This document shows positions 20,085-29,268 of a stretch of DNA of 64,000 nt, piece by piece. Position numbers and translations under genes: made by a program. Source of the stretch: Patescibacteria group bacterium (GTDB lineage: Bacteria; Patescibacteriota; Patescibacteriia; JACRDY01). Position 1 is the stretch's first letter, and each line of letters opens with the position of its first letter. Location: positions 150,175 through 214,174 of the forward strand of contig JBAZFH010000001.1 in assembly GCA_041653535.1 (NCBI GenBank), given 5' to 3'. Below the pieces are notes generated by a model that was not told the origin of the DNA, ran no database searches, and saw nothing but the letters and a program-made list of their open reading frames with translations.

Positions 20085-21248
20085 ATGGTAGTAACTAATA
20101 TACAAGATGAAATTTTGGTCAAAGACAGCGGCGGTAATTTTTCTGTTTTAGTTGATCAATCAAATGTCGGTTACGATGCTGTTGGAGGGTCGGCAATCAC
20201 TCCGGTATTAACCGAAGACAATTTTGATTTTTCAGCATTAATTGATAAAATAAAGGGGCAGTTTAATCTAGGCTGGAAAGACGAAGTGTTGGACCGACGC
20301 TTGTATAATATTATTATTGCCATGGTGCGCGAAGTACGCAATGATATCCAGACCAAAGACGTTATGGTCAAAAGTGTTGAAGTAGGCGGGTTGGGTTTGG
20401 AGCCTATCATTGCCGATCAGGTGATTGCGGAGGTAAAAAAAACAGCGCGACATCCAATTAAGGTAAAAGAAATGGGCAGAAAAGTTTTAAGCATGGTAAC
20501 GGCAAAAACACCGTCACATGTTTTTTCTCGTCAGGAGCTAGACCATGAGATTGCTCCACCACCACCAACTGTTGTAGTTCCAACAAAAGCAGAACAGATT
20601 AGACCAATATCGCCGCTTGCGCCGAAGCCGCCAGTGCAGTCTGTCACTTATGTTGAAAAAAATTTTTTGCCAAAAAAATCAGTACCAAGGATAGAGGAGA
20701 TAAAAAAAGAAGCAAGTATCAGTAATACGCCAAAACCAACTGCCGAACACCATCTGTCGTCAAAAGCGAAACCGTTTATGGACAGTAAGCCGCCTTTTAA
20801 GATTGATTTTGGGGTAAAAACTAAGGGTCGTAATTTTGACGGTTTAGCGTCCGCACCGCAGGCAAGAGTGGTAATGCCAAATCGAGGGGAAAAAATAACA
20901 GATATTAGAGTTCCTCAAAAAAAATTAGTTGGTCCGCTGGAAGAGCTGCAGGGGTTTCGTGTCGCCGATTTTCGTCGGCTTGACCTTGATCCGCAGAAAG
21001 CGATTTTAAAAATAAAAGAAAAAATTGATTTACTCGGCAGAGAGTCTTTTAGCAAGAGGATTGAGGGCAAAAATGCTTGGCAGCAAAGTGAAGTTAACCG
21101 TCTTTATTTGGCATTGGGAAAGGCAAGTATCGAGCAAGGCAGGTCGCTAGCTGATATTATAAAAGAAAGGTCTTTAAAACAAGAACCGACGTTAAAACCA
21201 GAAGAATTCATCGCCTTGGTCAAATTAAATCAAATTTTAGAAGATTAG
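20085..21248 (+). CDS. Hypothetical protein in T4SS-like operon
   Basis: 387-aa ORF, Pro-rich middle, C-terminal GPLEEL...DFRRL...AWQQS domain; 1 nt from the prgI-like gene. Confidence 0.75.
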   Translation: MVVTNIQDEILVKDSGGNFSVLVDQSNVGYDAVGGSAITPVLTEDNFDFSALIDKIKGQFNLGWKDEVLDRRLYNIIIAMVREVRNDIQTKDVMVKSVEVGGLGLEPIIADQVIAEVKKTARHPIKVKEMGRKVLSMVTAKTPSHVFSRQELDHEIAPPPPTVVVPTKAEQIRPISPLAPKPPVQSVTYVEKNFLPKKSVPRIEEIKKEASISNTPKPTAEHHLSSKAKPFMDSKPPFKIDFGVKTKGRNFDGLASAPQARVVMPNRGEKITDIRVPQKKLVGPLEELQGFRVADFRRLDLDPQKAILKIKEKIDLLGRESFSKRIEGKNAWQQSEVNRLYLALGKASIEQGRSLADIIKERSLKQEPTLKPEEFIALVKLNQILED

Positions 21249-21249
21249 T

Positions 21250-21717
21250 ATGGCTCATCAGTTTTTGGTGCCACAATTCATCGACGTCGAGCCAAAAATT
21301 ATCGGTCCGATAACGGTACGGCAGTTTATTTTGATGGTAATCGCCATGGTGATAATTTTTATATTTTATAAATTTTCCACTTTTTGGACTTTTATTATCG
21401 CTACGGTTTTGATTTTAGGATTGTTTGGGGTTTTGGCCTTTGCCAAAATTAACGGTCGACCGTTTCATTATTTTATTTTAAATATCGTTGAAACATTAAA
21501 GCGTCCTCGACTGAAGGTTTGGGACAAAACATTGGATATGGAGGAAGTAAAAGCATTAATGGCTTATGGGACTCAAATAAAAAAGGTTGAACAAATAGCT
21601 AAAAAAGAGCCGTTAGCAGAGTCGCATTTGGAAGAACTGTCTTTGATTGTTAATACCGGCGGCGCCTATCAGTCTAGTGAATTAGATTTAAATTATGACA
21701 CCAGAAAAGAAAAATAA
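21250..21717 (+). CDS. PrgI family (VirB3-like) membrane protein
   Basis: QFLVPQFIDVEPKIIGPITVRQF, two TMs, INGRPF. Confidence 0.85.
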   Translation: MAHQFLVPQFIDVEPKIIGPITVRQFILMVIAMVIIFIFYKFSTFWTFIIATVLILGLFGVLAFAKINGRPFHYFILNIVETLKRPRLKVWDKTLDMEEVKALMAYGTQIKKVEQIAKKEPLAESHLEELSLIVNTGGAYQSSELDLNYDTRKEK

Positions 21718-22372
21718 AAAAGCTTCAACCAGAAAAGCGGTTCCGATCGGGGAAATCCGCAACGATACTTTAGTAATGAAGGATGGTACTTTGCGTGCCG
21801 TTTTGATGGTTTCGAGTATTAATTTTGCTCTAAAATCAGCTGATGAGCAACAGGCGATCATCTCTGCCTATATGCAATTTTTGAACTCTATTACTTATCC
21901 AATCCAGATAGTGATCCAATCGCGTCGGATTAATATCGATAAATATTTGGAAAAGTTGCAGAAGATGGAAAAAGAGCAAGTAAATGAATTACTTAAGATT
22001 CAAATTGTCGATTATCGCAAATATGTTTCCGAGTTGGTCGAATTAGGCGATATTATGACTAAAAAGTTTTATATTGTCATACCTTACAATCCACTTTCAG
22101 ATAAGCAAAAATCTTTTTTTTCTCGATCAAAAGATTTGCTTTCGCCAAAAACTATTATCAGCTTAAGTGAGAAAAAGTTTTTCGAAAGGGAAAAGGAGTT
22201 ATCCCAGCGTGTATCTCATGTCGCTTCAAGTCTGGGTAGTATCGGTTTAGCGGTCACTCGCGTTGATACGCAGGGTTTAATAGAATTGTTCTATAATTCA
22301 TACAATCCTGACGTGGCAGAGCATGAGAGAATGGTCGATGTGAACAAGATTCGTTTCGATAATATAACCTAA
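21695..22372 (+). CDS. VirB4/TraC N-terminal-like protein
   Basis: LRAVLMVSSINFALKSADEQ...FLNS..YPIQIVIQSR...KFYIVIPY; lies between prgI-like and virB4-like genes. Confidence 0.7.
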   Translation: MTPEKKNKKASTRKAVPIGEIRNDTLVMKDGTLRAVLMVSSINFALKSADEQQAIISAYMQFLNSITYPIQIVIQSRRINIDKYLEKLQKMEKEQVNELLKIQIVDYRKYVSELVELGDIMTKKFYIVIPYNPLSDKQKSFFSRSKDLLSPKTIISLSEKKFFEREKELSQRVSHVASSLGSIGLAVTRVDTQGLIELFYNSYNPDVAEHERMVDVNKIRFDNIT

Positions 22373-22377
22373 AAAAC

Positions 22378-24213
22378 ATGGCAATTATTAAAGAGAAAAA
22401 AACACTTTCCCAAGAGGTGGAAAGCAGTAAGGAAGTCTTGCAAGAAGAGCAGCGCTATCGAGCGGGGACCATTTCCGTTATTGATTTAATAGCGCCGGCG
22501 GCAATGGATGTTCAACCTACTTATTTGCGTCTAGGAACAAGGTTCGCGAGAACTATTTTTGTTGTTAGCTATCCTCGTTATATCGGTATTGGTTGGTTTT
22601 CTCCGATTATAAACTTTAACCATCCCCTGGATGTTTCGATGTTTTTTTATCCGATAAAGGCCGCTGCTATTTTAAAAGATCTGAAAAAAAGAGTCGGTAA
22701 TCTGGAGGCGGAAATAATGGCTGATCGCGACAAAGGGGCTCCGCGCGATCCGATAAAAGAAACGGCTTTGCAGGATATAGAAAAGTTAAGAGATGATTTA
22801 ACTCAAGGCATAGAACACTTTTTCCAATTTGCTTTGTATGTTACTATTTACGCGGAAACAAAAGAGGAATTAGATGATTTAACCGGAGACATAGAAGACG
22901 TTTTTGGTTCTCGTCTGGTTTATTCGCGAAAAGTTTTATATCAAGCTGAGCAGGGTTTTAACTCGACATTGCCTTTTGGTCAAGATGAGTTGGCAATATT
23001 TTTTAACATGAATACCTCTCCCTGTGCCTCGTCATTTCCTTTTATTTCTTTTGAACTTTCTTCCAACGACGGCATCATGTATGGTATTAATCGCCATAAT
23101 AATAGTTTAATTATTTTTGATCGATTTTCTTTACAGAATGCCAACATGGTCGTTTTTGCCACTTCTGGCGCTGGTAAAAGTTATACGATAAAATTAGAGG
23201 TTTTGCGTAGCTTAATGTTTGGTATCGATGTTATTATTATTGATCCGGAAAAAGAGTACCTGCATCTTTGCGAGGCTGTGGGCGGCACTTATATCAATAT
23301 CTCCCTAGCTTCAAAAAGTAAAGTTAATCCTTTTGATTTGCCACGACCGATGGAAAAAGAGTTTAGCGGCGAAGACATTATTCGTTCGGCGGTTATCACT
23401 TTGAAAGGTTTAGTCAAATTAATGATTAGCAAGCTAAATTCTTCGGAAGATTCGGTGATGGACCGGGCGTTGCTAGAAACTTATGCTAAAAAAGATATTA
23501 CTCCTGATGCTAATTTAGCTGAAGTTGAGCCGCCGATTATGCAGGATTTAGTGGATATTTTAGAGGGGATGGAAGGCGGTGCCGATTTGGCTCAAAGATT
23601 GAAAAAATATACCGAAGGCACTTTTTCCGGGTTTTTGAACAATCCGACTAATGTTGATATGGATAACCAGTTGGTTTGTTTTTCGGTTCGCGACCTAGAG
23701 GATGAATTACGACCAATAGCCATCTATAACTTAGTAAACTATATCTGGAACGTTGTTCGTTCAGAGAGAAAAAAGAGGATTTTAGTTATCGACGAAGCTT
23801 GGTGGTTGATGCAAAACGAGGATTCGGCTAAATTTATTTTCGCTCTAGTTAAACGTTGCCGCAAATATTATTTGGGAGTAACTACTATTACTCAGGATGT
23901 GAACGATTTTTTACTCTCGCCATACGGTCAGGCAATAGTCAATAATTCGGCTTTACAACTGTTAATGAAACAATCGCCGGCAGCGATTGATCGGGTAAAA
24001 AATACGTTTTTATTAACTGACGGTGAAAAATATTTATTATTAGAATGTGGTGTAGGTGAAGGAATATTTTTTGCTGGCAATAAACACGCGGCGATTCAGG
24101 TGGTCGCTTCTTACGCTGAGGATCAACTGATTACTACTGACCCGCGGCAGTTGTTAGAAATTGAAGCGGCAAAAAAAGAGTTTGAAGCAGCGGGAGAGAC
24201 CGCATTACAGTAA
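22378..24213 (+). CDS. VirB4-like type IV secretion ATPase
   Basis: Walker A ATSGAGKS, IIDPEKEY, VNPFD, Walker B VIDEAW, RKY..G...ITQ. Confidence 0.9.
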   Translation: MAIIKEKKTLSQEVESSKEVLQEEQRYRAGTISVIDLIAPAAMDVQPTYLRLGTRFARTIFVVSYPRYIGIGWFSPIINFNHPLDVSMFFYPIKAAAILKDLKKRVGNLEAEIMADRDKGAPRDPIKETALQDIEKLRDDLTQGIEHFFQFALYVTIYAETKEELDDLTGDIEDVFGSRLVYSRKVLYQAEQGFNSTLPFGQDELAIFFNMNTSPCASSFPFISFELSSNDGIMYGINRHNNSLIIFDRFSLQNANMVVFATSGAGKSYTIKLEVLRSLMFGIDVIIIDPEKEYLHLCEAVGGTYINISLASKSKVNPFDLPRPMEKEFSGEDIIRSAVITLKGLVKLMISKLNSSEDSVMDRALLETYAKKDITPDANLAEVEPPIMQDLVDILEGMEGGADLAQRLKKYTEGTFSGFLNNPTNVDMDNQLVCFSVRDLEDELRPIAIYNLVNYIWNVVRSERKKRILVIDEAWWLMQNEDSAKFIFALVKRCRKYYLGVTTITQDVNDFLLSPYGQAIVNNSALQLLMKQSPAAIDRVKNTFLLTDGEKYLLLECGVGEGIFFAGNKHAAIQVVASYAEDQLITTDPRQLLEIEAAKKEFEAAGETALQ

Positions 24214-24230
24214 TTTTATAGAAAAAATAT

Positions 24231-24824
24231 ATGTCAAATAAAGTTAAACTAGCTTTAATGATTGGTGGTGCCGCAATTTTTATTCTTTTAGTAATTGCGC
24301 TTCTAATGCGAAATGGTACGACTGATGTCAATAATTTAAATCAAAGCACCAATCAGTTAAATAATCGGCTGCCTGAAACAAAAAATATTGTTGTTAATGA
24401 TAACAATGCCGTGGTAACCACAAAAGGTAATGCTACTACAATAACTGTCGAGCAAAAAGAGGAGATAAGCCTAGAGATAGTATCACGGTTTTTTGCTGAA
24501 AGGTTTGGTACTTATTCAAACCAAAGTAATTTTGAGAATATAAAAGATTTACAGTATTTAATGACCGAGGATGTGAAAAGTTGGTCGGAAAAATTTATCA
24601 GTCAGGGAAATATTAGCAGCGATCAATATTGGGGCGTAACTACTAAAGCGTTGGCTATTAAAAGTCAAGATATTAAAGCGGATACAGCGGTGATCGTTGT
24701 TTCTACTCAACGGCAAGAGTATTCCAGGGACGTTAATAAAGCCAAAATATATAAGCAGGATTTAAAGTTAGAATATGTAAAAAGTGACGGTAATTGGCTG
24801 ATCAGCGGTGTTTATTGGCAGTAA
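24231..24824 (+). CDS. Single-TM protein with possible NTF2/VirB8-like extracellular domain
   Basis: N-terminal TM, Asn-rich linker, FFAERFGTYS...LEYVKSDGNWLISG ending typical of NTF2-like folds. Confidence 0.55.
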   Translation: MSNKVKLALMIGGAAIFILLVIALLMRNGTTDVNNLNQSTNQLNNRLPETKNIVVNDNNAVVTTKGNATTITVEQKEEISLEIVSRFFAERFGTYSNQSNFENIKDLQYLMTEDVKSWSEKFISQGNISSDQYWGVTTKALAIKSQDIKADTAVIVVSTQRQEYSRDVNKAKIYKQDLKLEYVKSDGNWLISGVYWQ

Positions 24825-24871
24825 TTTGAAATTTTAGAAATTTTTAATCTGGTTTTTTCTATGATTAGAAT

Positions 24872-25525
24872 ATGAAGAAAATCAGATTAAAAGCAAATTT
24901 TTTACGAGACATTGTTTTTCCTAAAAACTGTCTGGGTTGTGCCAAAGAGGGGTGCTATATTTGTCCTCGGTGCCGAAACATGATCAAAATAGCCAGAAAC
25001 GATTTTATTGATTTTCCGGGAAAAAGATTTTTGGATCGAGTAGTGGTAACGGCTGATTATAATGATGAAATTTTACAACGAGCGATTCATTGTCTAAAAT
25101 ATCAATTTGCTACGGATGTAGCAGAGGAACTTGTCTCTTTGGTATCAGCAGATAAAATACCTTTATCTTGGAAGCACTGCGTTTTATTGCCGATTCCTTT
25201 GCACAAAAAAAGGGAACGATTACGAGGATTTAACCAAGCTGAACTTATTGCTATATTTTTATCCGAGCGTTTTGGTTTGTATTATAGAAATGATATTTTG
25301 AGTAGAATAAAATATCGTGTTCCGCAGATGTCTTTAGGTAGAAGCGAGAGGTTAAAAAATATCAAAGACATATTTTTTGTAGATAAAGACAATCTTTGCG
25401 GAATAAAAAACGTCGTTTTGGTTGACGACGTGGTTACGACGGGAGCTACTTTAAACGAAGCGGCAGAAGTTTTGAAAAAAAATGGTGTAGAAAATGTTGA
25501 GGCGATAGTACTTGGTCATGGATAA
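24872..25525 (+). CDS. comF: ComF family competence protein (Zn ribbon + PRTase)
   Basis: CLGC..ICPRC, PIPLH..R...RGFNQAE, LVDDVVTTGATL. Confidence 0.9.
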   Translation: MKKIRLKANFLRDIVFPKNCLGCAKEGCYICPRCRNMIKIARNDFIDFPGKRFLDRVVVTADYNDEILQRAIHCLKYQFATDVAEELVSLVSADKIPLSWKHCVLLPIPLHKKRERLRGFNQAELIAIFLSERFGLYYRNDILSRIKYRVPQMSLGRSERLKNIKDIFFVDKDNLCGIKNVVLVDDVVTTGATLNEAAEVLKKNGVENVEAIVLGHG

Positions 25526-25585
25526 AAAAACTCGCTATGGGCGAGATGAGTAAAAAAAGATATTTTTTAGTTGATTTGAAAGAAA

Positions 25586-25672
25586 CGGAAGGGGAGAGAT
25601 TCGAACTCTCGGTCCGCGTAAACGGACGACGGTTTTCAAGACCGTTCCCTTAAACCACTCAGGCACCCTTCC
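25586..25672 (-). tRNA. tRNA-Ser(TGA), CCA not encoded
   Basis: GGAAGGGTGCCTGAGTGG...CGGTC-TTGAAA-ACCG, long variable arm, GTTCGAATC. Confidence 0.95.
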
Positions 25673-25743
25673 AAGTGTATTAAAATTTAAAATAGTAGTG
25701 GCGTTCACTTTTGCCATTCGAATCTTTAATCTTCACGGAAAAC

Positions 25744-25838
<95 letters not shown>

Positions 25839-25854
25839 TAATAAATTCGGTTTT

Positions 25855-25883
25855 AGTATAATATTTTTATAAATAAAAGTCAA
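25855..25883 (-). promoter_or_regulatory. sigma70 promoter for the tRNA-Ser pair
   Basis: TTGACT-17bp-TATACT on minus strand just upstream of tRNA-Ser(GCT). Confidence 0.7.
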
Positions 25884-25889
25884 TAATAT

Positions 25890-26378
25890 ATGGCAGAGAA
25901 CACAAAGTATGGCAAAGAGATGATATCTTGGGATTTTCCCGAGTTTATTCCGCATGAACGTACTCGCGGTTGGTATGTGGCAGTGATAATCATCGCAGCG
26001 TTATTGTTGCTTTATGCCATTATTACCGCTAATTTTTTGTTTGCTATCATTGTTATTATCGTGGCGGTGATTATGTTTTTTAAAACATCGAATACGGCTA
26101 TGAACGTTATTTTTTCTATTTATGAAGATGGAGTCAGAGTGGGGGATAAATTTTATGATTTTAAGGAAATAAAAGACTTTTACATTATCTATGAACCGCC
26201 GGAAGCAAAAAATATTTATTTTAATTTTAATAGTTTGCTTCAGCCACGTTTGCAGATACCATTATTAGAACAAGATCCTGTGAAAGTGAGGGAGATTTTG
26301 CGCGATTATATTGAAGAAGATTTGGATCGGAGTGATGAGCCGTTTTCTGATGGTATTGGCAGAATATTTAAAATATAA
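25890..26378 (+). CDS. Two-TM hypothetical membrane protein (DUF5673-like)
   Basis: SW..PEF..HER...WY, two TMs, GVRVGDKFY.F..I..F. Confidence 0.7.
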   Translation: MAENTKYGKEMISWDFPEFIPHERTRGWYVAVIIIAALLLLYAIITANFLFAIIVIIVAVIMFFKTSNTAMNVIFSIYEDGVRVGDKFYDFKEIKDFYIIYEPPEAKNIYFNFNSLLQPRLQIPLLEQDPVKVREILRDYIEEDLDRSDEPFSDGIGRIFKI

Positions 26379-26392
26379 TAACATTCGGGATC

Positions 26393-26421
26393 TGGACAAG
26401 ATGAAAAATATTTGTTAAACT
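26393..26421 (+). promoter_or_regulatory. Putative promoter for tRNA-Arg/recG
   Basis: TGGACA-17bp-TAAACT with extended TG. Confidence 0.5.
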
Positions 26422-26443
26422 GTTGCTACCTACTATTACCCGT

Positions 26444-26515
26444 GCCCTCATCGTTTAACGGATAGGACGCGGGATTGCGGATCCCGTAATTGAGGTTCGA
26501 TTCCTCATGAGGGCG
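26444..26515 (+). tRNA. tRNA-Arg(GCG), CCA not encoded
   Basis: GCCCTCATCGTTTAACGGATAGGAC, anticodon arm CGGGA-TTGCGGA-TCCCG, TGAGG-TTCGATT-CCTCA, TGAGGGC. Confidence 0.93.
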
Positions 26516-26600
26516 AGGGTAGTGGCAGGTAGAATCGGAAATTGCGAGATGGGATAGAAAAATTATTTGATCCCAACTCATGGTTTCCGATTTTTATTTT

Positions 26601-28682
26601 ATGATAGCAGATTTACGTTCGCCGGTGTCTTTGTTTAACCAGATTGCGGCAAAATTATCATCCAAACTAAAAAAGTTAGGTATCGAAACAATCGAAGACC
26701 TGCTTTTTTATTACCCTTTTCGTTATGATGATTTTAGCCAAATTTTAGATATTAAGGATTTGACTGCCGGGACCATAGCGACGATTCGTGGCAAGGTTCA
26801 GCTGATAGAAAATCAGCGTAGTTGGAGGCGTCGGGTACTTATTACTGAATGTATTGTTAATGATATTACCGGTTCGGTTAAGGTAATTTGGTTTGGTCAG
26901 CCCTATGTCGCTAAAATACTAAAATCCGGTGATGAAGTGTTTATTTCCGGACGAGTGGACTATAATAAGGGATTATTTTTTTCTTCACCTAGTTACGAAA
27001 AGGTAACACAAACAAAGGAGGAATTTGGTACTACGCATACAGCAAGGTTGGTGCCAGTTTACAACCTGACTAAAGGTATCACTTCTAAACAGTTGCGTTA
27101 TTTGATCAAAATGGTTTTGTCTAACGTCAGCGCGATACGAGAATATCTGCCAGGGCAGATTATCAGAGGATTAAAGTTTCCCGGTCTGGCGGAGGCTATC
27201 AAGCAAATTCATTTTCCTGACAGTAAAACAAAATTAGATCAAGCGCAAAAAAGACTGAAATTTGATGAATTTTTTCTTATTCAACTAAAAAATCAGTTGG
27301 CGCGGCAAAAACTAAATAACAGCAAAGCGACTAGCGTTCCTTTTGCTTCTGAGGTGATAAAAAAATGGGTAACAAAATTGCCGTTTAAATTGACCGATGC
27401 GCAGCGTCGGTCGGCTTGGGAAATACTCCAGGATTTGTCACGCGATCGACCAATGAATCGATTGCTCGAGGGAGATGTTGGTAGTGGTAAAACGGTGGTA
27501 GCGGCAATGGCGATGCTGGACGTAGTTCAAAATAATTTGCAAGTGGCGTTAATGGCACCAACAGAAATTTTGGCTAAACAGCACTATCACACTATTACCA
27601 AATTGTTCAGCGATTTTGATTTTAAAATCGGTTTAATGACTAGAACTCAAGGGGAGATTTTTGGTGATGGCAGGCAGGATAAAAAAGATTTAATTAAAAA
27701 AATAAAATCTGGAAAAATAAAGGTGGTGATTGGTACTCACGCTCTGATTCAAGAAAAAGTTTATTTTTATAATCTCGCTTTGGCAATAGTTGATGAGCAA
27801 CACAGATTTGGCGTTCAGCAACGTAAAGCATTACAGCAAAAATCTGGTCATCCGGAAGTATTACCTCATTTTCTGTCAATGACAGCGACACCGATTCCTC
27901 GATCATTAGCGCTGACAATATATGGTGATCTGGATATATCGATTATTGATCAGATGCCAGCGGGTAGAAAAAAGGTGATTACAAAAATTGTTCAGTCGGC
28001 GCAGCGGGATAAAGCCTATAGATTCATCCGCCAAGAAATAGTTCGCGGACGGCAAGTGTTTGTCATTTGTCCCTTGATTGATCCATCGGACAAACTAGGT
28101 TTTAAATCAGTCAGGGAAGAAGCGGTGCGGTTAGATAAAAAGATTTTTCCCGAGTTTAAAATAGCCGTTCTTCACGGCAGATTAAAGTCGGAAGAAAAAG
28201 AAATGATTATGCGAGATTTTTCTGCGGGCAAGATCAATATTTTAGTTTCGACTTCCGTGGTGGAGGTGGGCGTTGACGTGCCAAATGCTACGGTAATGAT
28301 GATCGAAGGTGCTGATCGTTTCGGCTTGGCGCAGCTACACCAATTTCGCGGAAGAGTGGGTAGGGGGCAAGACCAATCTTATTGTTTTTTATTTAGTCAA
28401 ACAGAAAACGATTTTAGCAAAGAGCGTCTAGCAGCTCTTGTGTCTAGTTCTGACGGTTTTAAATTAGCCGAGCAAGATTTGCGTTTTCGTGGTCCGGGAG
28501 AAACGCTTGGTACGGTACAAAGCGGAATGCCGGATTTGCATTTGGCGAATTTGTTTGATTTTGCGATTATCAAACAAGCTAGAGAATGGTCTGAAAGAAT
28601 AATAGCCTGGGATCCTGATTTGCAAAAAAACCCTAATTTAAAACAAAAAATAGGGGATTTGGAGGATATTCATTTGGAATAA
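26601..28682 (+). CDS. recG: ATP-dependent DNA helicase RecG
   Basis: MNRLLEGDVGSGKT, DEQHRFG, MTATPIPRSL, QLHQFRGRVGRG; ATG at 26601 preferred (26580 is the alternative). Confidence 0.97.
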   Translation: MIADLRSPVSLFNQIAAKLSSKLKKLGIETIEDLLFYYPFRYDDFSQILDIKDLTAGTIATIRGKVQLIENQRSWRRRVLITECIVNDITGSVKVIWFGQPYVAKILKSGDEVFISGRVDYNKGLFFSSPSYEKVTQTKEEFGTTHTARLVPVYNLTKGITSKQLRYLIKMVLSNVSAIREYLPGQIIRGLKFPGLAEAIKQIHFPDSKTKLDQAQKRLKFDEFFLIQLKNQLARQKLNNSKATSVPFASEVIKKWVTKLPFKLTDAQRRSAWEILQDLSRDRPMNRLLEGDVGSGKTVVAAMAMLDVVQNNLQVALMAPTEILAKQHYHTITKLFSDFDFKIGLMTRTQGEIFGDGRQDKKDLIKKIKSGKIKVVIGTHALIQEKVYFYNLALAIVDEQHRFGVQQRKALQQKSGHPEVLPHFLSMTATPIPRSLALTIYGDLDISIIDQMPAGRKKVITKIVQSAQRDKAYRFIRQEIVRGRQVFVICPLIDPSDKLGFKSVREEAVRLDKKIFPEFKIAVLHGRLKSEEKEMIMRDFSAGKINILVSTSVVEVGVDVPNATVMMIEGADRFGLAQLHQFRGRVGRGQDQSYCFLFSQTENDFSKERLAALVSSSDGFKLAEQDLRFRGPGETLGTVQSGMPDLHLANLFDFAIIKQAREWSERIIAWDPDLQKNPNLKQKIGDLEDIHLE

Positions 28683-28683
28683 A

Positions 28684-29262
28684 TCAAAGAGCTGCTTGGT
28701 AGCGCCAGGGTTTTTTGGCGTAACATCCGGCATAGTCTACTCCTATCCGAGGGAGTTTTTTTATTTTTTTTACTTTTATATTACTGTCTTTGATCCAGAG
28801 ATATGGTACCGCAAGAGATTTTTTATTAAGATTTTTGTCGATGTAAAAGTATTTGCAAAGCTTGCCGGGACCATTGGTGATTTTATAGTCGAGAGGTTTA
28901 AGATTTTTAAAGTTGATAGAACTGCTGATGACTTTTATCGGCTTAAAGGCTTGGATGGAACGAATTAGTACCGCTGCCGGGTAGTTGTTTTTTTCAGTAA
29001 CGATATTTAGACAATAATACATGCCGTAGATCAAATAAATATAGATATGTCCGGGTGGACCAAACATTATTTCGGTTCGCGGCGTTTTACCTCGAGAGGC
29101 GTGTGAGGCCAAATCGTTTGGACCACAGTAAGCTTCGGTTTCGGTAATTATGCCAATATAATATTTGTCGTTATATTCTCTGATTAAAAATTTGCCCAAG
29201 AGTTCTTGAGCAACTTTTTTTGTATCACGATTAAAAAAAGATTTTGTTATGTTTTTTTTCAT
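28684..29262 (-). CDS. DNA-3-methyladenine glycosylase (MPG/AAG family)
   Basis: VAQELLGK, ETEAY.G..D.ASH, Y.IYGMY.CLN, NGPGKL, PRIGV. Confidence 0.93.
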   Translation of the reverse strand: MKKNITKSFFNRDTKKVAQELLGKFLIREYNDKYYIGIITETEAYCGPNDLASHASRGKTPRTEIMFGPPGHIYIYLIYGMYYCLNIVTEKNNYPAAVLIRSIQAFKPIKVISSSINFKNLKPLDYKITNGPGKLCKYFYIDKNLNKKSLAVPYLWIKDSNIKVKKIKKLPRIGVDYAGCYAKKPWRYQAAL

Positions 29263-29268
29263 TTCGCA

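Noticed and set aside
25535-25717. 60-aa minus-strand ORF
   Set aside because: It is a translation of the tRNA-Ser(TGA) gene.
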